Source: Anthoceros angustus
Lineage: Eukaryota > Plantae > Anthocerotophyta
Direction of reading: 5' to 3'
DNA length: 64,000 bases
Assembly (NCBI GenBank): GCA_010909165.1
Contig: MU008158.1
Span: 432,581 to 496,580 of the forward strand
Under the pieces are notes generated by a model. That model made no database searches. It was not told the origin of the DNA and saw nothing but the letters and a program-made list of their open reading frames with translations. Positions 1-12,424 of the stretch are shown piece after piece. The number at the start of each line of letters is the position of its first letter. The first letter of the stretch is position 1. The position numbers were made by a program, and so were the translations under genes.

Positions 1-678
1 GGGAAGGAAATGTGGGAGGAATTGGAATCCAGGGAAGCCACAGTCTGCATATGCATGCCATTGGAGTCGGTGAAAATTGTGGGCAGCGTCTGGGAAGAGG
101 AAGAGAGGCCCGGCCAGAACGCAGCAGAGCCGGGAGCAGAAACGGAAGCAAGAGCAGCATTGGCATTGGCGCTGGCGCTGGCGGCAGCGTCGCCCGGGGC
201 GTCGTGGGTGTCGGAGGTGATGACGCTGACGGAGGCCGCAGAGGCCGGGGAGGAAGAACCCGAGGCCGCGGTGGAGTCGAGGCACCAGGGGCGGGGAGCG
301 AGCCCAAATCCAGCAGCGAGACCGGGCAGTGCGAGCAGGCGCGCGCGCGGGGCCATCCACCTCGGCCGAGGCCGAGTCGTTGCTGTGGCAGGCGCTGGAC
401 ACGTCGCTGAGGTCGGTGCGGGCCGCGGTGGAGGCGGCGGCCATCGCTAGCGAGGGCCCGCCGTCATGGAAGGTGTGCGGAAGGTCCCAGCTGCAGCCCA
501 GGCGGCGGCAGCCGCAGCCGCGGCCTGGTACGCGAGCGCTTGCTGCGACGTCCAGTTGCAGAAGGCGGCCGCCATGGCGGAGCCCGTTCACGCCCCGAAT
601 TGCCGTCTCCTCCTCCTGCGCCCACCTTTGCTGTGTGCCGAGCGCGAGGCCGCCACCACCATGTCCCTCTCCCTGCAT
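1..678 (-). CDS. Possible 5' part of an unidentified gene running off the window edge (low-complexity Ala/Ser-rich)
   Basis: The minus-strand frame from ATG 678 (MQGEGHGGGGLALGTQQRWAQEEETAIRG...) is open to the window edge. It is preceded by a (TTC)n tract typical of plant 5' UTRs. The other minus frames are also open over 1-440, so the frame is uncertain, and no domain was recognised. Confidence 0.3.
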   Translation of the reverse strand, partial: MQGEGHGGGGLALGTQQRWAQEEETAIRGVNGLRHGGRLLQLDVAASARVPGRGCGCRRLGCSWDLPHTFHDGGPSLAMAAASTAARTDLSDVSSACHSNDSASAEVDGPARAPARTARSRCWIWARSPPLVPRLHRGLGFFLPGLCGLRQRHHLRHPRRPGRRCRQRQRQCQCCSCFRFCSRLCCVLAGPLFLFPDAAHNFHRLQWHAYADCGFPGFQFLPHFLP

Positions 679-740
679 TTAGAGTATCAAGCCGAGTGAG
701 TGATTCAGGTTCCATCACAAAGCAGAGAAACAAGCACAAG

Positions 741-885
741 GAAAAGAAGAAGAAGAAGAAGAAGAAGAAGACGCCCCAAGAAGAAGAAGGAGAAGAAGAA
801 GAAGAAGAAGAGAGCAAGCCCGAAGAAGAAGAAGAAGAAGAAGAAGAAGGAGAAGAGCAAGCCCAGAGAAAAGAGGAGAAGAAGT
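741..885. repeat. (GAA)n / (TTC)n imperfect microsatellite
   Basis: Long aagaagaag runs are directly visible. They explain the spurious poly-K/E/F/S ORFs. Confidence 0.95.
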
Positions 886-1739
886 GCATGGCAGAGGCAC
901 AGAGAGCGACATGGGCTTACCTGGGGCGCAGCGGTGGAGGCAGGGGGCCTGGCGTGGAGGAGCGCGGCGGAGTCCCGATTCCGCCCCCCACGGGTGCGGG
1001 CTGGGTTTTGGGGAGGAATCGAATGAGAGACAGAGACAAGCCCAGAGGAGTGCCGGTCCCGGACCCGGACCCAGACCCAGAGTCCCAGACCCGGACGCTC
1101 CGGCCTTGCTCTAGACATAGAGAGCGGCGGGAGCGGCAGCTACGGGCTCACCCGGCCCCGGCCCCGGCCCCGGCGCTGCCCGTACACGGCCGGAGCCTAG
1201 CTGCCCTGTTCCCTGCTCCCTGCTCCCTGCCCAGCGCTTGGGCCTGCCTGGGCATTTGCCATTTGCCTAGAGCACTCGGCCTGCGCCTGCCTCCCTTGTA
1301 CGCTAGTACGAGACGCAGGAATCAAATGTGGCGGCACCGGCACCCCCACTCGCACTCGCACTCGGCAGCCTTGTCATTTGGTGCCATTCAGGTATCCTTT
1401 TCCCATTTCTTAATCCTTTCCCGCCCACCTGGCCTGGTCCCGCCCAGAAGGTGGGAGCAGGACCGGACGGAAAAGACTGGGACAAGAGGGAAAAGGAATT
1501 TGTGCTGTTGTTGGGCAATGAATAACAGTGAGGCAACACCTGATGACATATGAAAAAAGGCTCCTCTCGGCCCTCCTTCCTTTTCCTCTCCCTCAATTCT
1601 GAATTCCGCTCTGCTCGCTTCAGCCCAGGCTCCGGCCTTCGCTTTGTGCGGATGATGGAGTTTTGGATGTGTTGGCATCTTTGCGAGTCCAAGTCGATGC
1701 TGATGGCCGAGCCAGGCCAGGAGCAGGCTGGTGTCAGGG

Positions 1740-1783
1740 CGGAGCCGGAGCCGGAGCCGGCGCCAGAGCCAGAGCCAGAGCCC
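1740..1783. repeat. (GAGCCG/GAGCCA)n hexamer microsatellite
   Basis: ggagccggagccggagccggcgccagagccagagccagagcc is directly visible. Confidence 0.85.
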
Positions 1784-1966
1784 GATCAGAGCGGAATCGC
1801 GGATCCCCACTGGGAATAGCAGAGACAACAAGATCCAACACCACCACGCAAGCGCCCCCGAAGTTCCAGCTTCGCGCTAGCGTAAACTAATAATATCATA
1901 AAAACAAAATTATGGAGCTTCTGTTTTCCCGGGCCCCGGTCCGTGTCCGGGCCCAGAGAGGTGCAC

Positions 1967-3715
1967 AGAAGAACAAGAAGAAGTATATTAAAGTCCACTA
2001 AGGACGGAATTTCCGTCATGGGACTGAAAAGACAGATATACAGAAAAGTATTGAAGTTTAATCGTTATTCTGAATTTCTTAAGTACTGGTGGTGTAAAAT
2101 AAGTCAAATATGTTGCAGGTTGAAAGATTGGATATATGCTCCGCTATTCTGAATTTCCTGAGTACTAGTGGTATGAAGTAAGTCAAATAAGTACTAGTGG
2201 TGTGAAGTAAGTCAAATATCTGGCAGGTTGAAAGATTGGATACATTCTTAGTTATTCTGAATTTCCCAAGTACTTGTGGTGTGAAGTAAGTCAAATATCT
2301 GGCTGGTTGAAAGATTGGATATATTCTAAGTTATTCTGAATTTCCCAAGTACTAGTGGTGTGAAGTAAGTCAAATATCTGGCATGTTGAAAGATTGAATA
2401 CATTCGCCGCTATGCTATAGTGAATTTCCGGAGTATTAGTGGTGTGAAGTAAGTCAAATATCTGGCAGGTTGAAAGATTGAATGTATTCTGCCTTGTGAT
2501 CCCGCATTTGTTTCAGGCAAACACGTGTAAGAATAGGGTTAGGAAAAGAGAAGAAACTTCGGAGTGAAGATATTTGTTTCAGGCAAACACGTGTAAGAAT
2601 AAGGTTAGGAAAAGAGAAGAAACTTTGGAGTGAAGATTGAGCTGCAATGAATAAGTTGACAAAAGCATTCTTGATATCCTCGTAGACGGGGCAAACGAAA
2701 ACAAAGTGTTCCTCTATCTCAACTTCCCTATTGCATAACCGGCATATTCTGGTCTCTTTAGGTGGCCTGGGATGCAGCCATCTATCAGTCTCAATCCTGA
2801 GACGGTGAGACCCCATATGAAAATGACCTATAATCATCCTAAGGTTGAAAGACACATGGTCGCGGAGATAGATTGGAAGCAAGGGTCTCCCAAACTTAGA
2901 GAGGATACGGAAAAATTGCTTGTAAGTCCGGAGTTCAGTGGGTAAAGATCTAGAGATAGGAGACCAGGTGCAGGAGAGATAGGTGGATTGCAATTCATTG
3001 CGAATGGACCTATTGAAAGGAGGAAGCAAAAATTGGAAGAGGGAGTGGGCCGAGAGACTTTCCAGATAGAAGGCAAGAAGGAGGTATGGGGGAGTGGAGA
3101 TGGGGTGATTGGACTAAGCTTCCTCTAAAGAATAGAGAGGATACAGGAAGCTGGTTAGAGGAAACAGACCCTCAAGCTCAAGCGGGAAAGTGGCAAACTC
3201 TGCATAAAAGATAACTAGGAGGCCAAACTTCTTCCAGATCTCGATATGTGGTCGAAGAAAAGATGTCTGGACCTATTCCAGCTTGCTCAAATCATCCTAC
3301 GAAAGATAGGGCCCCCAAAACTCTACAGCATACATAACGGAAGGAACAATAACTGTGTTGACCAGCCATTACTGAGTGGGGATGTCTTTGATGTGCATCC
3401 TAGAGCACTCCCTTCGAACCCCACATGCTAATACCACACCCTTGACAATGCGAGCTCTAGCAGAGAGCTTTCACTGAAATCTCGAGCCATAAAGAGTTGC
3501 ACCCGAGTAGACATAAGACTGAACAATATCCATTGGCTGGCCATAATAGAAGAATTGCAAGTTGTGATCAACCGGGTCCTTCCTGTTGAAGAACATCACC
3601 TTGGTCTTCTTCAAGTTCACCTCCAAGTCCTCTGTTGAAGAACATCACCTTGGTCTTCTTCAAGTTCACCTCCAAGTCCTTGGTCTCGCAAAAATAGGAC
3701 AAGACATCCAGTTAT
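1967..3715 (-). mobile_element. 5'-truncated, degenerate non-LTR retrotransposon (LINE, RTE/RTE-X-like): end of RT plus C-terminal CCHC zinc finger
   Basis: The minus strand encodes the RT-end motif LEVNLKKTKVMFFNR (~3585-3680) and the C-terminal FHMGSHRLRIETDRW...RICRLCNREVEIEEHFVFVCPVY (ORF 2454-3029). The 3' end has a stem-loop and a (TTC)-rich tail at ~1967-2030. There are internal direct duplications at ~2507-2637 and ~3581-3680. Confidence 0.85.
2063..2490. repeat. Minisatellite, ~80-bp unit, about 5 copies, derived from the LINE ORF end/3' UTR
   Basis: The unit ttattctgaatttcccaagtactagtggtgtgaagtaagtcaaatatctggcaggttgaaagattggatacattc recurs at ~2065, 2144, 2252, 2331 and 2420. The last copy overlaps the LINE stop codon. 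Confidence 0.9.
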
Positions 3716-4044
3716 CATCCAAAATTCCTATAGAACCCCTGTTGCAAAGTTAGAAGCAATTCACATAAAAGAGGAATATATTGCGAGTAATTTATTAAGG
3801 GTAGTTGCGCAAAGGAAGAGAGAATTGACGCATAAGAAACATATATTTCATATATGCTATTGATTAGTCTTTATCCTTCAAGGACTATGAGTATGACGAA
3901 GACCCTCGGGGGAGTAAGACAAAAGCACAATATCATCTGCATGCAGAAATATAGCGATATACACCAAAGAAAGGAGGTAACAAGGATCACCATATCCGCA
4001 TCCCTAGGGCCTTCTTCTCCCTCCGTCTCCTTTCCGTCTCCCTC

Positions 4045-4270
4045 CCGTCCCGTCCCCCGGTCCCGGCCCCGGCCCCGGTCCCGGTCCCGATCCCGATCCC
4101 GATCCCGATCCCGATCCCGATCCCGGTCAAATGTTCGCTTTGACGGGCCCAGGCCGCCAAGTCGGTCACACAAACGAGGGGCTGGGCCTGGGATTGGGTT
4201 TGGGATTGGCGTTACCGAAATCTAGACACACCCGGACCCAGACCCAGACCCAGACCCAGACCCAGACCAA
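4045..4270. repeat. Hexamer microsatellites (CCCGGT/CCCGAT)n and (GACCCA)n
   Basis: Directly visible runs at ~4045-4127 and ~4230-4268. Confidence 0.9.
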
Positions 4271-5248
4271 GACAGCTAAGCAGCACGCGGGCGGGCGCAC
4301 GCACATGCACCCACCACCCACACCTGCTGCCTGCAGCGGGAGTCGGGAGCAGCATCGTAGCACCCAATTACCCAATTCAGCACTGCCAATGGCCCGGCCT
4401 ACGTGGCCGGCAGCCCAACGCTGGCCTGCTGGCCTGCTGGCCTGCTGGCGTGCTCGCTGCTGTGCGCTTGGTCTACCATGTCACATACCGCATCCCATAC
4501 TTTCCCGCTCGCGCCCACTTGTTCTATGTCGGACACATTTATGTGACATACCAGCATGTATTTGGCATGCTGCGACTGGCGACTGGCGACGCGGGCCGCG
4601 GCTCGAGCTCCCAAGCGCCTGCTCATGCCAGCGTCTACAGTGTCCGGTGTATCTACCCGCGCAATCTGCTGGCACATGCACAGTGCTTACCTTCCACCTT
4701 CCAGAAAGCCTCACAGGCTGGGTGTCTTCGCTCTTGGGACCCTTCAGCTTTTCGTGGCGTATCGTCGTATCGGGGTGCGGGGCGTAGGCATATCCTGGAC
4801 GATACTACATAATAGCCTGAGAGGGCCTGGGCCAGCCGGGCCGGGCCGGGCCATCGTGCACCATGCCAACACGCTTGCCGCATACGGACAACGCTCGCCC
4901 TTATCCCATGTATGTATGCATGTGCAGAAGCCCAGGGACACGTAGCCCCAAGCGTGATTATCCCGCGGCCTTGCTGGACTGAAATTCCGGGTCAATGAAA
5001 AGAATGAAACTGGGAAACAGAAGGAAGACAGTCCGAGCCCCGGGCCCCGGGGCCGCAGGCTGCGTGTCTCTGTGTGTGGGACCAAAAAAATATTAGCGCA
5101 ACTTCCTACCCCTGTACTATCCTACCTACGTGTCCACTGCACTACCTACTTCTAGCAACAGAAACTAACAGTCAATCGGGCCATCTGGCGCTCCCGCCTG
5201 TACTGCCTACACGCTGCACGGCTGCCGCTCCTCAGTGCCGCCCAAACC

Positions 5249-8200
5249 TCATCGGGAGCCAGCACTGCGTTTCAGAGCGGACAAGAACCCTCCTACTTTC
5301 TTATCTTTTGGCACCTCATCGCCCAGCTGCATGCGCGCGTCCCGTCACCACAACCAGTCAAAACAATGTACAAGTTACCCACCCCGTCACTTTCAGCCCA
5401 GTTACCAATCCAGCGTAAGCCACAGGGATCAGGGATCAGATTCGGTACCTCCTTCGCGAGATCCACAAGAATCGTGGTTATCTCCGAAAAGTCAGGTCTC
5501 TCCGTAGGATCGGTTTTCCAGCTCCGGTCCAACAAATCGGCAAGCTTCGAATGCGTGCCCTTGGGTATTGTAGGCCGAAGACCCTGCCACAACCAAGAGC
5601 TTCAGAATCTCCTGGCCGCACCATCGCAATGGCTCTACAACCACACCAAAATACGGACATAGCATAGTGACAACTACACACCTTCTGGACGACTCCTACG
5701 GCGGCTTGTAAGGGGGTCAGATCCGCGTAGGGTAGCTGCACATCACATCGAATCTGCTGGTGACAAAACAGCAACAGACTCAACTGACTCAACCGCAAAA
5801 AACCTGACTGCAAGGACGAAAGCAACAACCTTGCCCGTAAGGAGCTCCCACAGCACGATCCCGAAACTGAACACATCTACTCGCCGATCGTATGTCTTAT
5901 GCTCGATCACCTGCACCATACGTGACCACATCTCATAGGTCACTGAACGGAATTCATGAAATGCAATGCTCCCACACTATTTCATCATCTGAGCAGCGTA
6001 AACACAGTGTGCTGTCAAAACACCTCTGGAGCCATCCATCTGTAGGTCCCAGTCTCCGCAGTCATGATGCCACTTGAAGCTTGGACACGAGCTACACCAA
6101 AATCGGCAACCTTCACAACCTACACACATTCACCAGCTGTTCAACTCCGCATCGTATCCCAAAACCGCTCAATATTCACAGAAAAAAACACCCGCCAAGA
6201 CAGTAAACGCCTCACGTCATTTTCATCCATCAACAGATTTGCAGTTTTCAGATCCCGATGTATGATGTTATTCTGGTGCAGGTAATCCATGCCCTTTGAC
6301 ACATCTATTGCAACTCGGATCACCATTGACAGCTTCATTGCACCCCTTTGCTTGTGCAAGTAATCGTAAACACTCCCACCTGCCATGTATTCTGCCCACA
6401 GAAAGACAAATGAAATTTTAGCGCCCCAGGACAGCCGGCTCACACTGAACTGTCACCAAATTACATTTTCACAGGAAGGCAACAATTACCTGTTACAATT
6501 GACAGATTAGGTGGCTTTGTACATGCACCGATGAACTGAACAAGGTTCTTATGGCGGACTTTCCTGAAGATAACAAATGTGGAACACTCTTTAAGCCCTG
6601 ACAACATACCAGCCTTATACTTGTTCTTCAGTGCCTCTCTTCAGTCAAAAGCTTACATTATCCGCCATACCTGTAAGTTTCATACACGTAGGTTGCCACT
6701 CTAGCAGCTGGGATACAGGAAGATAGGTCACCTCACATCTATATCATGTCATGCCAAACCACAAGGGAAGGACCAGGTTCATACCGCATGATTGAGATCT
6801 CTTGCTTGAATTCACGCTGCAGGTTGTCATTCAGTCGTTCAGCCTTAAGGATCTTGATGGCCACATCTTGGCCACAATATGTACCACGATACCTGGACCA
6901 GAACGGCTGCCCATTGAGTGTCTCAAAATACTCAGCTCAAAGAACCTTCTCCTTGGCTAGCATACTCACAAGTCTCCAAAGGAACCTGCAGCGATTTTCT
7001 GATTGAGGCTCAGCTGACTGCTATCAATCTCCCAATCGTCTGTAGCCTCCTTCTGCTCAGCCTTTGCCACAGGAGTTTGCGTTGTCACAGCTAATTCAGC
7101 AAGAGAACTTGCGGGAGTAGATTTAGACCAGCAACCTTTCTGCATCCGACATATGACAATCGAAGAGTGTTCAAATGGTGTTTCCACTTGACAACGTCCC
7201 AAGGTCCATCCCTATTTGAAAAAATGAGGGCCCTGACAATAGGCCTCTGTAAGATGTGGCTGGACTAAAAGCTACCTCCATACGGTTCAATGCAGAGCGC
7301 AGCGAGTGCTCCAAATCATGAGTGTCCTGCAGACACTACAAATGTCACGGACAAGGAGATAGTAGGAACCCAACCCGCCGCTCCTTCCACAGGCAGGAGG
7401 GTATTTCAGGAATGTACACCATCATGAACTTGCAGACACAACAGTGAAGATGGATAGAAACAAACCTCCGTTGGCCAGCCATCCACTACAAAAACGTCAA
7501 GAGAATATCCATCAACGGTCGAAAACACATGTGCTTCACGGATGTTGAGCCCCACATCTGCAAGCAAGGCAGACAACTGCACCAGAAAAATGTTCACCTC
7601 AGCACAAATATACTATTTTCCATACGCTCCCTGCCACAGCTCTCCCTGTTCACAGGGCAGGTAGAGTACCTGACTAAGAAGCTTTGGTTTGTCGATGGTT
7701 GAGAAAGTCACTTCATGCATAGGCATGTGAGGAGGATGAGGACTACGCAGAAACGACAAATGTATGGATGTTAATACAGTTTCCCAAATGGCTTCATATC
7801 ATCACTCGCATTTAACTAATTCACCCCTTCTTAGCTCAAAGGCCGCTGAATACCTCTGTGGCGAATGATCTCCACCACCGGCTTCCTCTGGTATTTGGAT
7901 ATCTAAGGAAGCTAGTGCTTCAAGATTTGGAGTGGATCCGAATGCTGGTGGGGGATAAACCCTGTGGCCCGACACCGATATTATAAGCTATTCTGACCAC
8001 CATATCTATCAATAGTACACATGCTTTTCACCCATACATAATAAAGCCTGGAATCAAACTCTTTGGCAGGGAGGCATCATCAATTACTGTAGTCTTGAAG
8101 AGCTTCGAACCAAAGGACCAGGAGTGTCTTCTTTAACAGGAGTGCCAACAGGGGATTCCTCTTCTACATCGAACTTGACAGGAAACACCTGACCGAGGTC

Positions 8201-8867
8201 AAGCGAAAACAAGGATAACAGCATTAAATGAAAGCAAGAGGAATGCACATGAGCGGGCTACCACATCACGCCCGATAAAAGCCCAAAGCGCTTTTCCGAC
8301 TAGACCCAAACAAGCAGGAAAGGAGGAATGCAAAAGAAAAGAACGAAGTACACACTCACGTGCACTGGGCGAACATGGAATGCAGGCCGGTTGTCAGGAA
8401 TTTCAGCTAGTCGTAGAAGTCGTTTGTGAGTCAAAACATCTTCCGCTCTCTCAACATTAACATCCAGGGCATACCTGCATTCCCGATCCAGCCATGTGCA
8501 GTCGTTACAATCCAATCGTATCCACCTCTACAACCCTAACGCCCCTCCCAAACTCACCTCGGTCAAGGTCCTGCCCTAATTGACAAATTCGAGCATCGCG
8601 TGGAAAACCAGGCGTAGGCAATTCACCTATGCGGGAATGCCCCGAAAATTCTGCTTCTGCAACGCACCTGGTCGGAAGACGAGTAAAATGAGCAAGCAGC
8701 TCTTCAGCAAATCCAGGCTTGTCCACCACGTCGTTGCCGTCCTCAGCTAGTTGTTTCAAAATAAACTCACACATTTCTTGCTTAACCCTGAGCCGCTGCT
8801 GCGTGGGAGACGCATCTCCCCCGCTCCTCTGCTGCCTGCTAGGCTTCGCATCCCCAGGCCCTTCCAT
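5249..8867 (-). CDS. ACT-domain Raf-like Ser/Thr/Tyr protein kinase (STY8/STY17/STY46 family), ~16 exons
   Basis: Spliced pieces: MEGPG...HFTRLPTR|[37 protein letters not shown] domain ([17 protein letters not shown]|[34 protein letters not shown]), [71 protein letters not shown]. The final exon [25 protein letters not shown] ends at the stop 5249-5251. The junctions checked are GT-AG. Confidence 0.95.
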
Positions 8868-9520
8868 GGACCTGTCCCCTCGCCCCCGCCCTCGCAGAAG
8901 TCACGGAGGCCCCTACACCCCGCTCCAGCCTGCGCTCCAGAACACGCAATGCAGCCTGCGCTCGCCTCCCTCAGCTAGCGATCGGCGCGGGCATCGGGCG
9001 GCTGGCCTTGGATGAACACGAGGCTGGAACCGCGGCATCTCCGGGACGCGGAAAGGGAGCGCAAGGGGCAGCGTGCCACTCTCGTACCTGCCAGCATCGT
9101 CTTCACAGATTTGCCAAAACGCTCCCACCGCAAGAAGGCTGGGAATGTGACTGGCCAGCACCCCTGCTACTCTACCCACGCATCCTGGCCTGCATCAGGA
9201 TTCCCGGGCCGCGACCCCGATTTCTTCAGCCAGGCTCCAGCGCCTGCTTCCGCTCCAGCTCCTTGCACTCCCGCTCCTGCTCCGGCTCCGGCTCTGCTTC
9301 TGGCTCCTGCTTCCGGTTCCCGCTGCGACCCCGGCAGCAGCCATGCGGGGAAGCAAGCGCTAGCAGACGGCAATTCCGAGACCCGATTTCTCACAGCACG
9401 GGAGGTCAAATGCAGGCGCAGGCAGCAGGCATGCGATCGCGCAGAGCATCAGAGAAGACGGGACGTTGGATGGTGTGACCGAGTGGGATGATTCTACACA
9501 ATGGAAGGTGTGTCACTTTT

Positions 9521-9788
9521 GACACGCGTCGGGGAGATCGCGCAGAAGCTCGCTCCGGAAGGGAGCAGCTGCAATGTCGGAGGTAGGGGGAACAGCGTGG
9601 GCTGCCAATCCGCGGCCCGCCGGCTTGCTCCTGGTCCCATGAATGCACCCGCCCCCGCCCGCTGATTTCCATTTCTGCAGGACTTATCCGGATACTAAAT
9701 TTCGGTGCCCCTTGCGGCACCCAAAGGCCACTAGTGATGTGGCAAGATGTGGCAGCCGCGTGGCGAAGCGACGCCGCGCGTGCCACGT
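9521..9788 (-). promoter_or_regulatory. ABRE plus CE3-type coupling elements upstream of the STY kinase
   Basis: GACACGCGT at 9521-9529 (reverse complement of CE3 ACGCGTGTC), GCCGCGTGGC at 9755-9764, and GCCACGT at 9782-9788 (ABRE core ACGTGGC on the minus strand). Confidence 0.45.
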
Positions 9789-10607
9789 CTTGTTGCGTTC
9801 TGTCATCCCATCCAGGCAGGGTCGGTCATTATCCTCAAAGTCAGTGGTCTTCACCTCGTTATGCTGCTTGTAAATCGGGGTTTAGTGGGCAGTCTCTTCA
9901 ATCTGGTAAGGGAGAGATCTTATTGGTGAGTAACGGAGAGTTCTGGATTGGTTGATATTTTTATTTTATTACATAATTTTCTATTCAAAGACAAGTATTG
10001 AATTCTACTACTAAGTAACACACCAAGATAGGGGATGTTCAACACATCTTTATTTCAAGTCTCAACAATATGAAGGCAAGGCATGATCTTCATTAAAAAA
10101 TCTATAAAAAATATTTTCTATAATAATGTTTCATATGCAACCTTCTCACTTTGATGTTGGGCATCGACTACGAATCCACCAAAACTCTTGGACCTCATGC
10201 AAAGTGCATGAAAAACCATGGTAGCCATTTTATTATAAAGTAGGAGCTTTCAATCTTATCTACAATTCCGGTTTTCTAGAGTTGGTTACATCTCCTACAT
10301 TGTCCCCCTTGCATGCACCCAATGAGTTCATTAGAGCCTTGCTTCCATATCGTTGAGACCTGAAACCCAGTCCATGGTGAAGCAATTCTTTACTTTGATT
10401 CATGTTGGGATGGGATTCCTCCCACCTTCGATTACTCCGAGCCCTTGGAGGCCTCCCTATTCTGAAACCCTTTGTGGCCGCCTGATGTATTTATTATCTT
10501 TGTCCTCTAAATTACATGGAATGTAAATACTCAATCAATTTCACCCAAAAAGAAAAAAAAACATATCCTACATCCCTACAAATACTTGTGCCCATAGAGA
10601 ATTCATA

Positions 10608-10712
10608 GTCCTAAAACTGCTCTAACTTGTACTTTTATTCATAATTCTAAAACTGCTCTAACTTGTATTTTTATTCATAGTCCTACAGACCTACACCTGC
10701 TCTAACTTGTAA
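10608..10712. repeat. Short direct repeat, ~36-bp unit, 2-3 copies
   Basis: ctaaaactgctctaacttgtacttttattcata occurs twice, followed by a partial third copy ctgctctaacttgta. Confidence 0.75.
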
Positions 10713-11812
10713 TTTGCCTCTATCAAGGAATGGCCAATTGTGGACACAAAAAGAAAGGTCAAATCAAAGAATTTCCGGCAAACCAAGTTTAAAATTTTTC
10801 TCTTACCTATCTGTAATATTTTTTAATTATATATAATAAAGATAAAAACCTAATATCGAATGACTACTTACATGTGTGCACATGCATGGAGTAAAACCAT
10901 TGGACTCATAAGTAATGAAGATAAAAACCTGCGCCCTAGGTCTGGAGCATTGAGCAACTGGTGCAGTAGCATGAGATAGGATGACCGAACTTTTCAAAGG
11001 GGTTCTTTTGCAAAGAGCAAGTAATTGATCCCCTTTCCAATATTGATACGTTAGAAGAGTTGAATCCCTAAGACCTTTAACTTGTATGTAATGAAGAAAT
11101 ATAAATAATTCATAGTTCGTACGTGGTTTGTATACTTAACAACATATAAAGATTTGAAACTCTTTTGAGCTTCATAAGTTATAAAACAAAACGTTGCACT
11201 TACTTCAAGCTCATATCTGATCGAACATCACATGATATAATTAAGTGACTTTAGGTATGAAACCTTGTTGTTCTGCCTTACATAACCCCAATTCTTTCAA
11301 GGCAGTTATACAAAGAAACACTCCACGTACTTCCAATATAATTTTTAATCTAATTTTGTAAGATATTATTAGGTGACTTTAGGTGTGGAACTTAGTTTTT
11401 CTTCCTTACAATATGAGCTCACCCATTTCTACTTATTTAAAAATGCCCCCTCTATAAATAATTATAATTTAAATATTTTAAATAAAAAGAATATATAAAA
11501 ATTTGAATTGTTGCAAAGCAACAAAGAACCTGTTTTATTTGGAGTTGGCTACATACATAAATAGTTTGGTGACACACACATGTGTATGAAATAATTAGGT
11601 CTAAAAGGTGATAGAACTCAAGGGACACACACCTGCGCATTTATTTGAAGTTCCCCATCTATGTACTAAGTGGGGAACGTTCATTTTGTGGTCACAGTGT
11701 GTACAGGCACATAGCTTGGCGGAGAGGAGTGGTGAGGCTCGATTGTTTGCTACTGTATCGATTGCTGTACCAAAAAAGACTCCAAAGTCTTCAGCGAAAT
11801 ATCACGAGCCTT

Positions 11813-11880
11813 CGAAGAAGATGAAGAAGAAGAATTTTATTTAAGTCCACTAAGGGCGGATTTCGGTCATGGGACTGAGG
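11813..11880 (-). mobile_element. Short 3'-tail remnant of the same LINE family (or a SINE sharing its tail)
   Basis: gaagaagaattttatttaagtccactaagggcggatttcggtcatgggactga closely matches gaagaagtatattaaagtccactaaggacggaatttccgtcatgggactga at ~1977-2027. Confidence 0.7.
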
Positions 11881-12424
11881 TAAATTGAAGACATCGGCAC
11901 TTCACAAAGCCTCAATGGCAGGTGCAGTAATTTCAACCTAAGACATCAACCTGCCGCCTCAAGAGTCAAGAACGCATGCCCAAAACATGTGGAAGCCCTG
12001 AGACAATCCTCCAGACAAGATCTGAGTGAGACAGCTTAGCAATGCAGAAAAGTTGCGTGCGACGAAATAAGAATCTAGGCTTCTGCTTCTTGCAGGCCGG
12101 GTTATTGATTCAAAACTCAAAAGAATGGTGAGCTTGCTCCATTGCTGAGCAGCACAGTTACACAGTCTAAGACGGGCACATCTCTACATTGACTGAGAAT
12201 GGGCAATGGTTCAGACAGCTTCACATTCCAAGCAGGACTTGCTGTTCAGGCACGTCCCACCAGCAAGTTTATCTACACAGGCTTGAACCACTGCCCTGGG
12301 AAGCATGAGTGAAGCCGACGAAACCATCAACACATACATGTACCTAAAAGAATAACGTGGAGACACCCCATAGTGCAAAATGTCATGCGGTGTCGTCCCT
12401 CTCTCTCCCATGGTGTGACTGGGC

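Noticed and set aside
464-1553. ORFs with poly-K/E/F/S tracts (e.g. 540-1553, 464-889)
   Set aside because: They are translations of the (GAA)n and hexamer microsatellites in GC-rich DNA, with no domain signal.
2063-2490. CRISPR-like array
   Set aside because: The units are contiguous ~80-bp tandem copies with no unique spacers, there are no cas genes, and the context is a eukaryotic LINE.
3854-4225. SR/RD-repeat 'splicing factor' ORFs
   Set aside because: The RS/RD runs come only from the (CCCGAT)n microsatellite, and there is no RRM.
9960-11800. AT-rich block as a transposon or organellar insertion
   Set aside because: No recognisable ORF, termini or RNA gene; left as intergenic.
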